This document shows positions 48,886-62,577 of a stretch of DNA of 64,000 nt, piece by piece. Numbering within the stretch: position 1 is the stretch's first letter; every line of letters begins with the position of its first letter. The stretch lies in NCBI RefSeq assembly GCF_009914755.1, contig NC_060928.1, one strand, 5' to 3'. The notes under the pieces were generated by a model. The model saw only the letters and a list, made by a program, of their open reading frames with translations. It ran no database searches and was not told the DNA's origin. Origin of the DNA: the human T2T-CHM13v2.0 reference genome, Homo sapiens. The position numbers and the translations under genes are program-made.

Positions 48886-51571
48886 TAAGAGTTGAGGTTT
48901 TTTACTATTGCATAATTTTGTTGTATATTAAATATGTCTTAAAGTATTGTGGGGGTAGTAATGTAGTGAAAGTAGAAATGTTGCAGTGGACATTTCAGAG
49001 ACTTAGTCAACATATGTACATGTTTATTCATCAACTTGTTTTCAGAGTCCATTTTTACATAGAGCAGTTATGCTGTGTGAGGGACAAAGAACAGCATTTA
49101 TGCTGCTCTGCTTCTATGACTGGTTTTTATACCCTGCATGTTACTCTGCACTAGCACTTAACTCTTGTAATTGTTAGTCTATTACCCTTTGTGTTTTAGT
49201 GTAAACCAGCGTTTCTCAATTTTTTTCTTTTCGGTTGCTCCCCTAAGGAGCCTTGTTAAAAACTTCTTTTCCTTTTCTCCCACACTCCCCATGAAATCTT
49301 AATACCACAAGATATACTCTATATATGTTTAAGTACTATGAGGGCCATATACAATTATGACATCTAGGAATTTTTTCACACCCCAAGAACCAGTTTTTGC
49401 CCTCTTGGGAATGAATATCTCCTCACTTGAGAATACATGGTGTAAACTGTAAAAAAGACCTTTAGGAGAACATTGGAATTGTGACATTAAATTAAATGAA
49501 GCATGTGATGGTGCTTTGCAGAGTGAATGATGAAAACTTTTTAGGTCACAGATACCTTTGAGAATCCTTTTATCATCAAAGTGTACATATGCACAAAATT
49601 TTTAATACTTTTTAAAGGGTTCATGGCTACTTGCCCTGGTACTCATCTGAAGGTACTTATTCTTGCCAGTGCATTTCATTAGAAGATGCCATCTGCATAA
49701 CTATGAAGTAAGAAATCTCTCTAAAGCAATCTCTTCAACCTTTACAATGAAAAGAATCCTTGAAATACATATGTTGACAAGTCTTGACAGGTGGCTGAGG
49801 TTAATGGAGCATTGCTACGGTTTAGTTCAAAAACTTTCTGTTGTCTGTGTATGTAATAGGTTCTCTTTAAATATGTAGTAGGCTTTATCAAGCTGTAGCA
49901 TTTATTAAGAAACTAAAGTGTTTCTTATTCTGCTGATTCACTTCCCATTTCCATATAGCTTCCCCTAGGAAGATAGAAGGACTTAGTGCTTGCTTTATTT
50001 AGCCCTGCAACCTAATAGCAGAGTACTCTTTTTCTTCTGTAATTTTAATTAACTCCTCAGTGAGACTGTGGTATTGTCAGCTGGTTAGGGGGTGGTTATT
50101 GTTGTGGATGTGAAAAAATAAAGAATGCTGCCTAACTCTGTACTTTAGAACAAGTTCTCTCATTTCTTTGAACCCTGGCTTTTTAGATCCTAGTATTTTG
50201 TTAGAAGCTCAACCAGCTCTTTGCTTTTGGTTTTGTATTGTGTTTTGGTAACAATAGAAATTTTAGTCTTACTTTAATAATTTTTTCTAAGCCATCCACA
50301 TGCATGAATATTTATTTTCCTGATGAGTAAAAATAGTAATAAAAATATATGTGATACTTCTTGAAAACTACAGCTTTTTTTTTGTCTTAGAGATGATTTT
50401 CCTTTTTACAACATTGTGTTTTGTAATGATTAGAAATGTAGAACTACAGATTTGGGCAGTCACCTGGTCAAGGTCATTCGTTTTTAAGATGAGAAATGCA
50501 AGCTCCTATAGTGATCCAACAGTGCTCTTTTCATTGGTCTGTTGTCTTTTGTTAGGTGACTTTAGTGCCATGTTGGCTATAACTAGACACTAAGTAACTT
50601 GTTGGTTACTATTTTGGTTCCCCGACTAACTGAAGGGCTAAGTGGACTCCAGGAATTTATAGTTTTAAAGATACCCTAGGGTGATTCTCATCCACTGGTT
50701 TGATGAACCGTGTTGATAGCACTTTCTGTGTGTGAATACATGACTTTAGGATTTGAATACCACTTTATAACAGATCTTTTTGACTGGAGTGCTAATAGTT
50801 AGCAGGTTGTGCTCAGAATATTACCTAAATTCTATACGTTTGCATTGCAGTTTGTTTCTTCATTGACTATGTTACGTATCAACTTTTTTTTCTGTTGTTC
50901 TAGAAGCATCTGTACTATTTGAAGGGCTCCCAAGGTTGCTTGGGTGTTTTCGAAGGTATCAAGCTATATAGGAGAATTCTTTGAAAATTCTTACTTGAAG
51001 ACTTAGAATTTAAGCTTGAAAACAAGCTTAAAACAATAAAAATGGAAGTCTCTTGGGTAGTGAAGCAATCAAGATTTCGTTTGTGCCCAAGTACTGAATT
51101 CCTATAAGTGGGTTAGAAGTTTCTTTGGTACTTTATCATCTTCATGAGTAAGATTATTTCAGTAATTAAGTATCCAAGAAGTTTTATTTACTCACATACG
51201 TATTCTTTTTCCACTGGTTGGATGGTAATTGTTTCCCCTCAATATTCCTTTAATATTAGTCTCAAATTTGGATTACTGTCTTTAGGGGTAGAAATATTTT
51301 TAAATTTATGATTCTACCATGTGAGACAGATTTCAGCTTTAAGAAGAAATCTGGAAATTGGGCAGTGGTTTATGGGATTTCATTCAATTTAAAAATAACC
51401 TTCAGATGTGATTTATGCCTCCTTATATGGACATATAAGCCTATATAAGTCTAAAAGCAGAAAGGGAGTTTTCTTTTACACTTTACACCCTCTTTGAATT
51501 TCTCAGTGATAATCTTTTACTTTAAATTTTAAAATTATTTAAATGTTTAAAAATATTGTTTAAATAAATAA

Positions 51572-51973
<402 letters not shown>

Positions 51974-51985
51974 TAGACAGTTTCT

Positions 51986-52208
51986 GCTAGCCTGTGTAAC
52001 ATAGCAAGACCCCGTCTCTAGGAAAAAAATTTTCAAAATTAGCTGGGCATGGTGGTGCACATCTATAGTCCTAGTGACTTGAGAGGCTGAGGCTGGAGGA
52101 TTGGTTGAGCCCAGGAGTTCAAAGCTACAGTGAGCTGTGATCACACCATTACACTCCAGTCTGGGCAACAGAGCAGGATCCTGTTTTCAAAAAAAAAAAA
52201 AAAGAAAA
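51986..52208 (+). mobile_element. 5'-truncated AluJ-like element in the short intron 5
   Basis: Partial left arm, full right arm, A tail. Confidence 0.85.
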
Positions 52209-52652
52209 GTTTCTAGATTAAAAAAAGAGAAAAAGTGTCCTTTATATTTCACTATGAAAGTAATACAATTTTTGCTAAGTTTTTGTATTTCAGATAAGTA
52301 AATCAAGAGTGTAGTCAGGTTTACTATTTTATTAATAGTGAATCATTACAAAAATAAAAGAGAAAGTGAATTTCATTTTACTTGGTTATGTTGTTTTTGC
52401 TTTATTGTTTTATGAAGTTACCTGTATTTAGATTTTGCTTTAAATATAAAATTTGTGGTTATCTTTAAGTGTTCTCTTATTCTACCCACTTAACAGATCC
52501 TAGATCGAGTTGTTTGTTTTTTTTAATAAGACAAGTCCTTTGTATTTTCTCATCTAAAATAAACAGAATGTTTGATAAACAATTTGATTTTTGAATGCTA
52601 GTTAATATTTTAATTTTCTCCATCTGAAAGAATATGATTTTTTTAAAATTAA

Positions 52653-52850
<198 letters not shown>

Positions 52851-54374
52851 TGAAAATTTTAGATATTTGTTTTATGCTGAAAAACCGTTTTTTATGCTGA
52901 AAAACCGTTTTAAACCATAGCTATAGTAAAATTTAGTGTTTATTAGTTGCTGGATGATAATCAAAGTTATATTACAATTTAAAATTTTCTATGTAGGATA
53001 CTTGATTCTGCCAGTACATCTGTCTATACAAAACTCTGGTCTCTCCAGAATTTTAAAATAAGCAAAATGTAACTATTAAAAAAGTAGGTGTAGCTTTTGC
53101 TTATAGATACTAGAATTAGAAATAAAAACCAGTAGAGCATCCAAAAATATATGTCCCTTAGTACGTAAATTTTCTTTAATAACCTCCACTTTAAAAATAC
53201 CTAAAAGTTTGATTATTACATAATTTTAGAATCATACTCAAAATAATCCATTGTTCAAACCTGCAATATATTAAATCTGTTATCAAAGTTGAATTGTTGA
53301 AGTTCTTTTCTTTCCAAAACAAAAGTATACCAGGAGAACTCTTGGATGATCTCATTTTATTTCTGCATCTGTTGAGATAAGATTTCTGGTTTTGATTTGA
53401 TTTTCTGTGTTTGTTAAGGCTATTTTAATGAAAAAATACAATATTGAATCAATATGTATGCCAAATTAATTCATAGTCCTAATCCTACTTATAGATTAAA
53501 ATTTGAGATAAATTGCCAGAAACCATCACTTTTTAAGAATTGATCAGGACTTGTCTCTTTAAATTATCTTTCAGAAAACAAATTCTTAGAGTTAAAGCTA
53601 AACTCTTAAACAGAGAAGGTGAATTTTAGAAGTATAGTAGAAAGAACACATGTAGATTATAATTTTTAATAAGTTTTGGTCATTGGGTGGTTACTAACCC
53701 ATGAATGTGACAGTATTTGTATTCAACTATTATTTGTAATAGATACTTGAGTTTTTATTTTGTGGCAAGTAGTATGTTAAATCAATACAGGCATTTCTAC
53801 TATAGCACAAAATATGCATTCCTTAAAAACCTCACATTCTGCAGTATTACACAATAAAAATGATAGGATGATGAGGAGTGGAGGGAATAGTCCTGGAACA
53901 GACCACTGAAAACCCAAGCAACTTTCTTAGAAAGCATTAATAAAAACAATAATGATACTAGCACAGTTAAATTCATGTTAAATCTTTATTAAATACTCCA
54001 GGAGATATAGAACTTCATTTTTAAAGAAAGATTTGAAGGTAATGTGATGGAAAGGAAAGGTTGAGACTGTTGAATTAAGGAAACATATGCAGCATAGACG
54101 AAGATCAGAGAGAATCATACAGTAAGATCATCTAGGACAAAATAGCCAAACTGAGCCAAGAAGTAGTGATGTTGGAGTAAATGGGCATTGTGTATATTAA
54201 TGTACAAGTTGATTTTAAAGGAATTTCAAAAAATTACTTTTTAGCTAGGATAGATTTGAGCGTGTAGTCAAAACGGTTTTAAATAAATGATTACAGTTAT
54301 TTTTATGATCTTATGAACGCTCAGTATTCATCCCATGTGTTTCACAGCTCACATCAGTCCCGTATATGAGCTCT

Positions 54375-54485
54375 GAGACACAAAGGGTGCATATTCACTG
54401 GGGTCCTTGTAGGGACACAAGGGATGCTTATTCACTCAGATCCTTGTAGGTACACAATGGATGCATATTGTCTCAGATCCTTGTG
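54375..54485. repeat. 37-bp degenerate tandem repeat x3
   Basis: acacaa anchors at 54378, 54415 and 54452; shared tccttgt ends. Confidence 0.85.
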
Positions 54486-54647
54486 GCATATTACTATCAG
54501 TGGTTGAAGTGGTAGCTGTGTTATATTCTTTCATTTTCTCAAGGCTATGAAGAAGTGATACAAACGAGTTTGTTGACTGTTCACTTATAACTTGTTTATT
54601 AAGCAGTTAAAAATTTGAAGATATTTAACCCTTTTTTCATTTTCATC

Positions 54648-54812
54648 TTTTTTTTTCTTTTTTTTTTTGATTGAGTCAGGGTTTCACTCTGTCACCAGGC
54701 TGGAGTGCAGTGGCACAATCATGGCTCACTGCGGCCTCACCTTCCTGGGCTCAAGTGATCCTCCTGCGTAGCTGGGACCACAGGCGTGCACCACCATGCC
54801 CAGCTAATTTAA
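54648..54812 (-). mobile_element. Alu right-arm fragment
   Basis: Poly-T plus reverse-complement arm. Confidence 0.8.
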
Positions 54813-54909
54813 TTTCTTCACACTTTTCCTTGGCCCTGTTGTGTTTAGCTGACTTCATATACTTCATGTTAAGCTGTTGTTACTTAGTGGCTCAAAAATC
54901 AACAGGCTA

Positions 54910-55105
54910 GCAGGAGTTTGAGACCAGCCTGAGCAACACAAGACCTCGTCTCTAAAAAAATGTTTTTTTTTTTTTAATTACCCAGGCATGATGGTCACAT
55001 GCCTATAGTCCCAGCTACTTAAGAGGCTGAGGTGGGAGGATTGCTTGAGCCCAGGAGTTTGAAGCTGCTGTGAGCCATGATCATGCTGCTGCACTCCAGT
55101 CTATT
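54910..55105 (+). mobile_element. AluJ-like fragment
   Basis: caggagtttgagaccagcctg...gcactccagtct plus A tail. Confidence 0.82.
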
Positions 55106-58100
55106 GAAAGAAAAAAAAAAAAAAAACAAGCTACGAAAAAACTATATTTGAATCAAAATGACTTCTGTGATATATTGACAAATTTTCCTTATTTACAAGG
55201 TGCATATGATATTACTTATATAACAAATTTATATTATACTGTATTTAGATGCATAATCTTATTTAATCCTTAGAACAATTCTATGAAGGAGGTATGATTA
55301 TTACCACATTTTACAGATTAGAAATTGAAGCTTTGAATGGCCAAATAACCTATCTCTGATTATACAGCTTATAAGCGGCAAGTTAGAATTTAAACCCATG
55401 TTGATTCATCTTGAGCACTGGATCTCAATAGGTGAGAGTCCAAATTCACCTAGTGAGAGTTGTCACATCTATGGTTTAGACCATGATATAAAACTTATCC
55501 AGAAATATAATTTCCATTTTTCCTAAGATTTAAAATTCTAACGTTTAAAGCACTGTAGAAAATTGGTACCCAGAGATTTGTAAACCACATTTATTCAGCT
55601 AGATATATGCTAAAACCTGTTTTTATAGCAAATTACATTTTAAACTTAGTACTCCAAGTCTTATTGTGAACTCTGTAACTGAGAGTGCCATTATAATACT
55701 CACTGTAGTACTAATAAATAGTATAGAAAACAGGAATTCACAAAACACTTGAAAGGAAGGATAGAATTTGAGCTTTATCTTTGAAATCGTGAGTGATACA
55801 GATTAATTTGACACTTGAGAATATCCTGTTTCTGGCTTCTTTTTTCCCCTGACACATTTGGCTGATGCAAAAAAAACCACCCACAATGTTAATGTAACAG
55901 GAAAGAAAAATAGTAAATCATTAAGAAGGTTAAATAATAAAACTTATGTATATTATAAGCCATGCTTTTACAGCATGTGAACAGATGATCCAAAACAATG
56001 TTTGTACTTGGCTTTCAAAGATGCTTTCATATTTAGTTTGAACTGTTACATTCTGGATTTCTCAAAAGTTTACATGATACATGTCCAAACAGCATCCCAG
56101 ATACTTTCTAAAACTAGCTATATCTATATCCTCTACCTCGTCCCCTCATACATGCTCTGTATTTGAACTATTCTAGCATGTCAAAGCTTTATGGAAATGA
56201 AAAATAATTCTTCACAAAAACAGAAGAAAAAACAAAAGGTTGGGAACCTAGGATAAAAATGTTAATAGAAATAATGCATTGTCTGTGTCTTAAACTTCAC
56301 AATGATTGCTTGCCTTCTCTAGTGGTAGAATTACCATTTTGTAATTATAATCACCTGCTGATACCCTATAATTTTTTTTCTGTAGGTGAATTACTTTTCC
56401 TTTTTTTCCCAGAAGTTGATAATTAAGGAATATATATAGGGAAAACACAATGGGATTCCAATCATTGATTTACTTTTAAGTGGAAAGTATGTATGCAATT
56501 TCATAATGGTGTATTTCAGTACTTGAATATGTAGGCAGAAGAGAAAGTAAGGTACCATGTTTTTTTTTTTCCAATTGTATGTACTTGTTTATATTTGTAG
56601 CTGTAGTAAAGCTTATAATTAAAATGTCACATATTTATTTTGGTATAGAATTATACTGTTCTCAAAAATGTATTTGGAAAGTAGGAAATTCAAAATATTA
56701 GCAAGTTTAAAACTTAGTAAAGTTTACTTTAAAATGTTTAAAACTTTGTTGAAAGTTAACATGAAGCAAAAAAAGTGTTACCAATTTATCTTGAAATTTC
56801 ATATATATTTGATACATGAAAATATATATGTAAGCATTTTTTAAATTAGTATACATAGTTTTCATAATAGTCTTTATATAATTTGTACAATTATTATAAT
56901 AAGCTTTATATACTTTATACATGAATTGGTATTTTGTATTTTTTGTGTAAACTTCAGTTGTTAGTGTAACAGATGTTGCATTTTGTTTTAAGTATTTATT
57001 TTTTCAGCTCTTAAGTGGTAAAGCTTTGGTTCTTACTTGCTGGTCTGCATGAACCTAACTTTGCAAGGTTGCTGTTACTTCCACCTAAGGGATCACTTCT
57101 TTTGCCTTGTTACTATGCCAATCACTATTTTTATATGCTTATTTGCTGTGGCTGCATTATTGTGGATGCTGGCATTGAAATATGAGATTTATGAGAGTTC
57201 TAATGTATCTTCATTTTTATAACTATTACCAATTTTTGACTTTTATATTTGGAAAATATAACTTAAAAAGTTTAAGAAAACCAGAGCATTGCAGAGGTCA
57301 TGGATACATGTCAATTTCTTAGTTTCATCAATTAAAGGAAGGAATGTTCGTGAGAGAGTTTTTCAAAAGGCTAATGCCTTGCTTTCTAAGACTGTTAAAG
57401 CACAGGTTTAGCAGAAAGTTTAGTTTCCAGAAAGTCATAGGAATAATTGGTTGAGAAATAAGGGAAGGGAGAAAAACCCAACACAATCTACTGATTTAAA
57501 AAATGATACCCAAATTTTATTTGTTTGTAAATGTTTAAGTGTATTATTTCATTTAAACATCAGAAATCATTTATTTTTATAGAAAGGGAACAGAGATCCA
57601 TATAAATTAAATGAATTGTACAAGGCCATATAACTAGGGAAGTGGTAAAAGCAAGGCCAGATTTCTCCCTCTTCCCAGCTCCTCCCTGAGTCTCCTATTT
57701 TCCTCTTCCTCATTGTTTGGATGAGATCATGCTGACCTAATTACAAATGAGTGCATCTTGGAAAACATTCTTGAATGACTGTCAGACCATGATTTGAGAT
57801 TAACTGTAAGTATTTTGTGAATTACCACAGACGAGTAAAATAATTTAGTGAGATATTATCCATTTGCTTACATTTAGCCAAACAAAAGAATATTTTTGCA
57901 TGGAATACAGAGTATACCCCAGAGAAAATGCATATAGCATCAACATTGTACTTGGACCTCTTACTGAAGAGAGAAGGACGACTGTCCAGGGCAGTTGTCA
58001 GCTTATGCATAGCCATCCTGTTATGAGACCAGTGAGGAAGGAATTCCCATCCAGATTTCACTTACTACCAAAACACTAGTAGATTACACTTGAAATATAC

Positions 58101-59084
58101 ATAATTTTGAAACACAAATTGAAATAAATAAGTCATGATTAATATGTGTAATGTGCTAATCTAAGAATGAATGAAACATTTATAGAACATCTATTTAAGT
58201 AGTACAGTGATGTTGGCTCAGTTATCTAATCACAAGGACACTTTATAAAGGTAGTTTTTCTGGCCTTTACCGCTGGAAATTTTGATTGAATGCCCTTGGG
58301 ATAGGGACCCAGATTGTGTATTTTAGAAGCATCTCAGTTGATTCTGGAGCACGTTCAAGTTTGAGAACCAGTGGGTTAAACACTGACTTTGGTGGACCTT
58401 GAATGCTTAGTATAGAGTTCTGGATTTTATCCAGTGGTCAGTCACTTATGTGTTCCTTAATTATTCAGTAGATATTATTGGGTATATGTTATATTTCCAG
58501 CATTGGGAATATAAATGTTAAGACAGCCCACGCCTTCCAGTAGCAGGGAGAGTTAGACAGGAACCTCTGTGGGAACAGAGGAGAGGCATTAAATTCAGCA
58601 GTGTGAAGGGATTTTCAGGAAAGATATTAAAAGATATCTCAGCCAGCTCAGAAGGAGCTTATATGAGTTGCCCAACAAAGAAAGGAGATATAGGTTTTCC
58701 CAACAGTGGGATCAGTAATGAAAAGTCTTGAGAATGGCAGCCTGAGTATAGTGGTTTTGTATAACTAAAGTGTAGGGTGTATGATGGGTAAGGGAGCGGG
58801 TACAGCATCCCATGAGGGGATGATAGCTATAGAGACAGGACAGGCTGTAGGAGTTTTAAAATATCATAGGAGTTTGAATTTCATCCTGTAAGTGGGAGGA
58901 GCCATATTTGGCTTTTAATCAAGGTGGTTTCTTAGGAAGTTCACTCTGATATCAGTGTGGAGAATAGATTCAGTGAGGTGAGACTAGAAACCACTTAGGC
59001 TATTATTGCATAATCTAGGCAAGAAATTAAGATCTGAAGACACAGCAGTGAGGGAGTGAGGGTGATGAGATCTGGATGAATTTT

Positions 59085-59362
59085 GTTTTCTTTTTTTCTT
59101 TTTCTTTTTTTTTTTTTTTCCTGAGACTCTGTCTCCCAGGCTGGAGCGGCGGTGGCGTGATCACAGCTTACTGCAACCTCCACCTCCCAGGTTCCAGCAA
59201 TTCCCCTGCCTCAGCCTCCCTCTTAGTAGGTGGGATTACAGGCACGCACCACCATGCCTGGCTAATTTTTTGTATTTTTAGTAGAGATGGAGTTTCACCA
59301 TGTTGGCTAGGCTGGTCTTGAACTCCTCATCTTAAGTGATCCTCCCGCCTCGGCCTCCCAAA
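59085..59362 (-). mobile_element. Alu (5'-truncated)
   Basis: Reverse-complement Alu body. Confidence 0.88.
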
Positions 59363-61559
59363 TGACTCTAAATCAAAACTTCTAAGAAATAAAAGATTTA
59401 AACAAAAATGAGGTTATGGGACAATGGGGTATTTTACCTAGCAGTAATTAATCTTCACTCACAGAGGCTGTGCTTACTTAGTATTTAGCACCTAGAGAAG
59501 CTAATTTTTAACATCCTCTTATATATGAAAAAATCATTTTCAATTATCATGAAACTAGTTATAGTACTAATGGCCAGGAAAAAAATGCAGACAGTGAAAA
59601 TATTCTTCTATTGAAATTGTATTTTATAACTGTCAGTAAAAAATAAATAATAAAATCAACATTATAATACAAAAATAGACAATGGGTTAATAATTTGAAG
59701 TTACATTGATCATTTTTTTAAAAAGGAAAAATGTTTTTATATATTGATCTGTCACAGTGGTGAATAGTATAGCTTTCGTTTTTGAAAACTTATCAATAGC
59801 TTCTTCAGAATTGATCTTTCGATATTGGGGCTTAGTACATCATAGCCAGATTTATCAATCTGTCTACTCTTACTTGATGGAAGAACACTATCTTTAAATT
59901 TTAATTTTGAAAGTTTTTTTCATGAAGCAACTGCTACACAGAGAAAATCTTCAGCATAAGGATAAGTTCAGCAGAGATTCTTAAAATTCCATCCTCCAGT
60001 AAATTCCAGAAATTGCCATACTTTCCTTGCCTTTGTTTTTGAAGGATCAAGTCTAATGATTTTTCAGTGTCTTCGCAGTTAAAATATTTTAAACACAAGC
60101 TCAAAATCGCATATAATGACAGAATTGAGGCAACTCCAAATCCTTTCATTGACTTTAAAAATCACTGTACCATTGTTGTTTATTTCTAATATGCTTAAAT
60201 ATAATAATATATTGTACCACAGGGTTGGAGGCACACATTTCGCTGAAGTGAGCTTGAATAATTTCAGATTGCTACCAACTTTCTCTTGAAAGGAACATGT
60301 GTAGTGGAATCCACCTGTATCAGGGGAGACTTTAAGTAGAAGACTGTAACTGGGAGCTTTCCTAATTAAGTCTTACATGAAGTGCGGTATTTATTAAAGT
60401 ATAAGTCATAAAATGTGCTTACTTAAAGCTTACATGTATGTTATTAAAACTCAACAGTTGTTTATAGCTTAGACCAACTATTTTTCAGGGAGGAGTGCTT
60501 TTATAACTGATGTTTATTATTGCTGGGGCATGATGATAATAGAAAGCCGACCAACTTGGTTTTATTTTTGTTTCCAAATTGCCTACAGACAATACACCCA
60601 CTTATTGCCTACTCTTGGGGAGGTGAGCAGCACTTTCACCACCCTTCCCTTGATGTACATGAGCAGAGTGAAAAGGATTAACTGTAGGGAGACCACAAAA
60701 AACACTGATTGGAATTCCAGAAATAGGGTGTGATGAAGGCCTGAATTTGGTTATTTAGGAGACAACAGGAATGTAAAGGAAGCGATAGATTTAAGAAATG
60801 ACCAGAGATTAATAAATGGAATTTAAAGTAAGAAAAATTTGAGCTAGAATGACTTGGAAAATGGTGTTTTAACAGAAAAGAGATTTTTAAAGGAGCTGGT
60901 TTGTGGAGGAAGACATTATACTGGTAGCATGAAACAATAATTGTTTTGCACTAGCATCTTTGCTTCTCACAGTAAGGTATTGCTGAAGTGGAATTATCTA
61001 AATATTAAAATAACCAAAGAAAGTTTTAAACCATAAATATTTTCGAACAGCCAACACACTGAACTCTATTATTAGAAAGATTCAGAGTTTCACTTAAACT
61101 ACTACACTTTGTCATTTAAAAGTGATTTTGTCTTAGAAAACTAATCAAATTAAGATAATTCAGAATAACATTGGATTTTTGTTATTTGAGTAACATTATA
61201 TGACTGTGGTATTTTAGGAAAATCGTTCATTTCATTCTTTCTGTATCAGGTGAATTTAGAGTTTACTGCCTGATTCTGTGTGTAATCTGATTCTTCAGAT
61301 TTCCCAGTTCACAGTTTTTGCTTGTCTGTAGATAACTGTTGTTATTACAATCACATGTGAAACTTGAGGGATAAATAGGGGTGGGGTCCATTGGAGTCGC
61401 CACAGCTATTAATTCAAATAGGATCCTTCCAGACGAGTTCATTATAGACGTTATTTAATATTGAATCCTTATTAAACTTTTTTTTAATGGTTAACAGTGT
61501 GGACTGTGATGTGGACTGTAGTGTATGTTCAATTGGTTACCTTTACCCTCATTTATTCC

Positions 61560-61990
61560 ACCCAACAACTGGCCTACGTTCTGTTCTTCAAACATACCAG
61601 GCATGGTCCTATCTCAGTATCTTTTTCAATTGCTTTTCCCTCTATCTGGAATGCTTTCCCCACATATCTACATAGCTTACTTCCTATCTTTTTTCAGATT
61701 TCTATGCAAATGTCATCTTAGGGAAATCTTTCCTGATCACTCTATTTATAATTGCAACTTAAATCGCCTACTTCCTGTCCCTCTTTTCTACTTAATTTTC
61801 TCTTTAGCAGCTATCACTATCTGGCAGGCCATATATTTTACTGCCTCATTGTCTGTCTCCCCTTTCCTAGAATATTAGTTTCATGAGAGTGGGGACTGTA
61901 GCCATCTAGTTGCCTACTGGATACATTATACCTAAAACAGTACCTGGAATAAAGCAGATAATAAACTATTTGAATGAATGAAAAAAACAG
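61560..61990 (+). mobile_element. L2 3' fragment
   Basis: tctggaatgctttcccc..cagtacctggaata..aactatttgaatgaatgaa. Confidence 0.72.
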
Positions 61991-62111
61991 GAACAAGTGA
62001 GTAGATGAATAAAAATATAAATGGTTGAAAACATGTATGAATATATATGTAGATGAAAAATACTCTGATAGTAACCTGTATTTTTGTGCAATAGAAGTAA
62101 GATAACCCATT

Positions 62112-62260
62112 GGCCGGGTGCAGTGGCTCACGCATGTAATTCCAGCACTTCGGGATGCCAAGGCGGGCAGATCACTTGAGGTCAAGAGTTCCAGACCAGC
62201 CTGGCCAATATGGTGAAACCCCGTCTCTACTAAAAATACAAAAATTAATACAAAAATTAA
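62112..62260 (+). mobile_element. Alu left arm
   Basis: GGCCGGGTGCAGTGGCTCACGC...ctactaaaaatacaaaaatta. Confidence 0.88.
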
Positions 62261-62261
62261 G

Positions 62262-62406
62262 GCAGAGCCTTGCTTCATCGACTATGCTGAATGGAGTGCA
62301 GTGGTGCAGTCACAGCTCACTGCAGCCATAACCTCCTGGGCTCAAGCACTCCTCCCACCTCAGCCTCCTGAATAGCTGGGACCACAGACACACCACCATG
62401 TCTGGC

Positions 62407-62455
<49 letters not shown>

Positions 62456-62577
62456 CAGAGTCTCCCTGTGCTGCCCAGGCTGATCTCAAACTCCTGGGCT
62501 CAAGCAAATCTTCCTGCCCTGGCCTCCCAAAGGCCTGTAAGTGCTGGGATTATAGGCATGAACCACCTCACTTGGCC
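62262..62577 (-). mobile_element. AluJ-like element with (GT)22 in place of the central linker
   Basis: (GT)22 at 62409-62452 between the two arms. Confidence 0.88.

Noticed and set aside
51009-51032. 10-bp-arm hairpin TTTAAGCTTG-aaaa-CAAGCTTAAA
   Set aside because: AT-rich and within chance expectation for 64 kb. Not a terminator in a human intron.
54375-54485. 37-bp x3 repeat as a CRISPR-like or functional array
   Set aside because: Contiguous, degenerate and spacer-less; an ordinary old tandem duplication.
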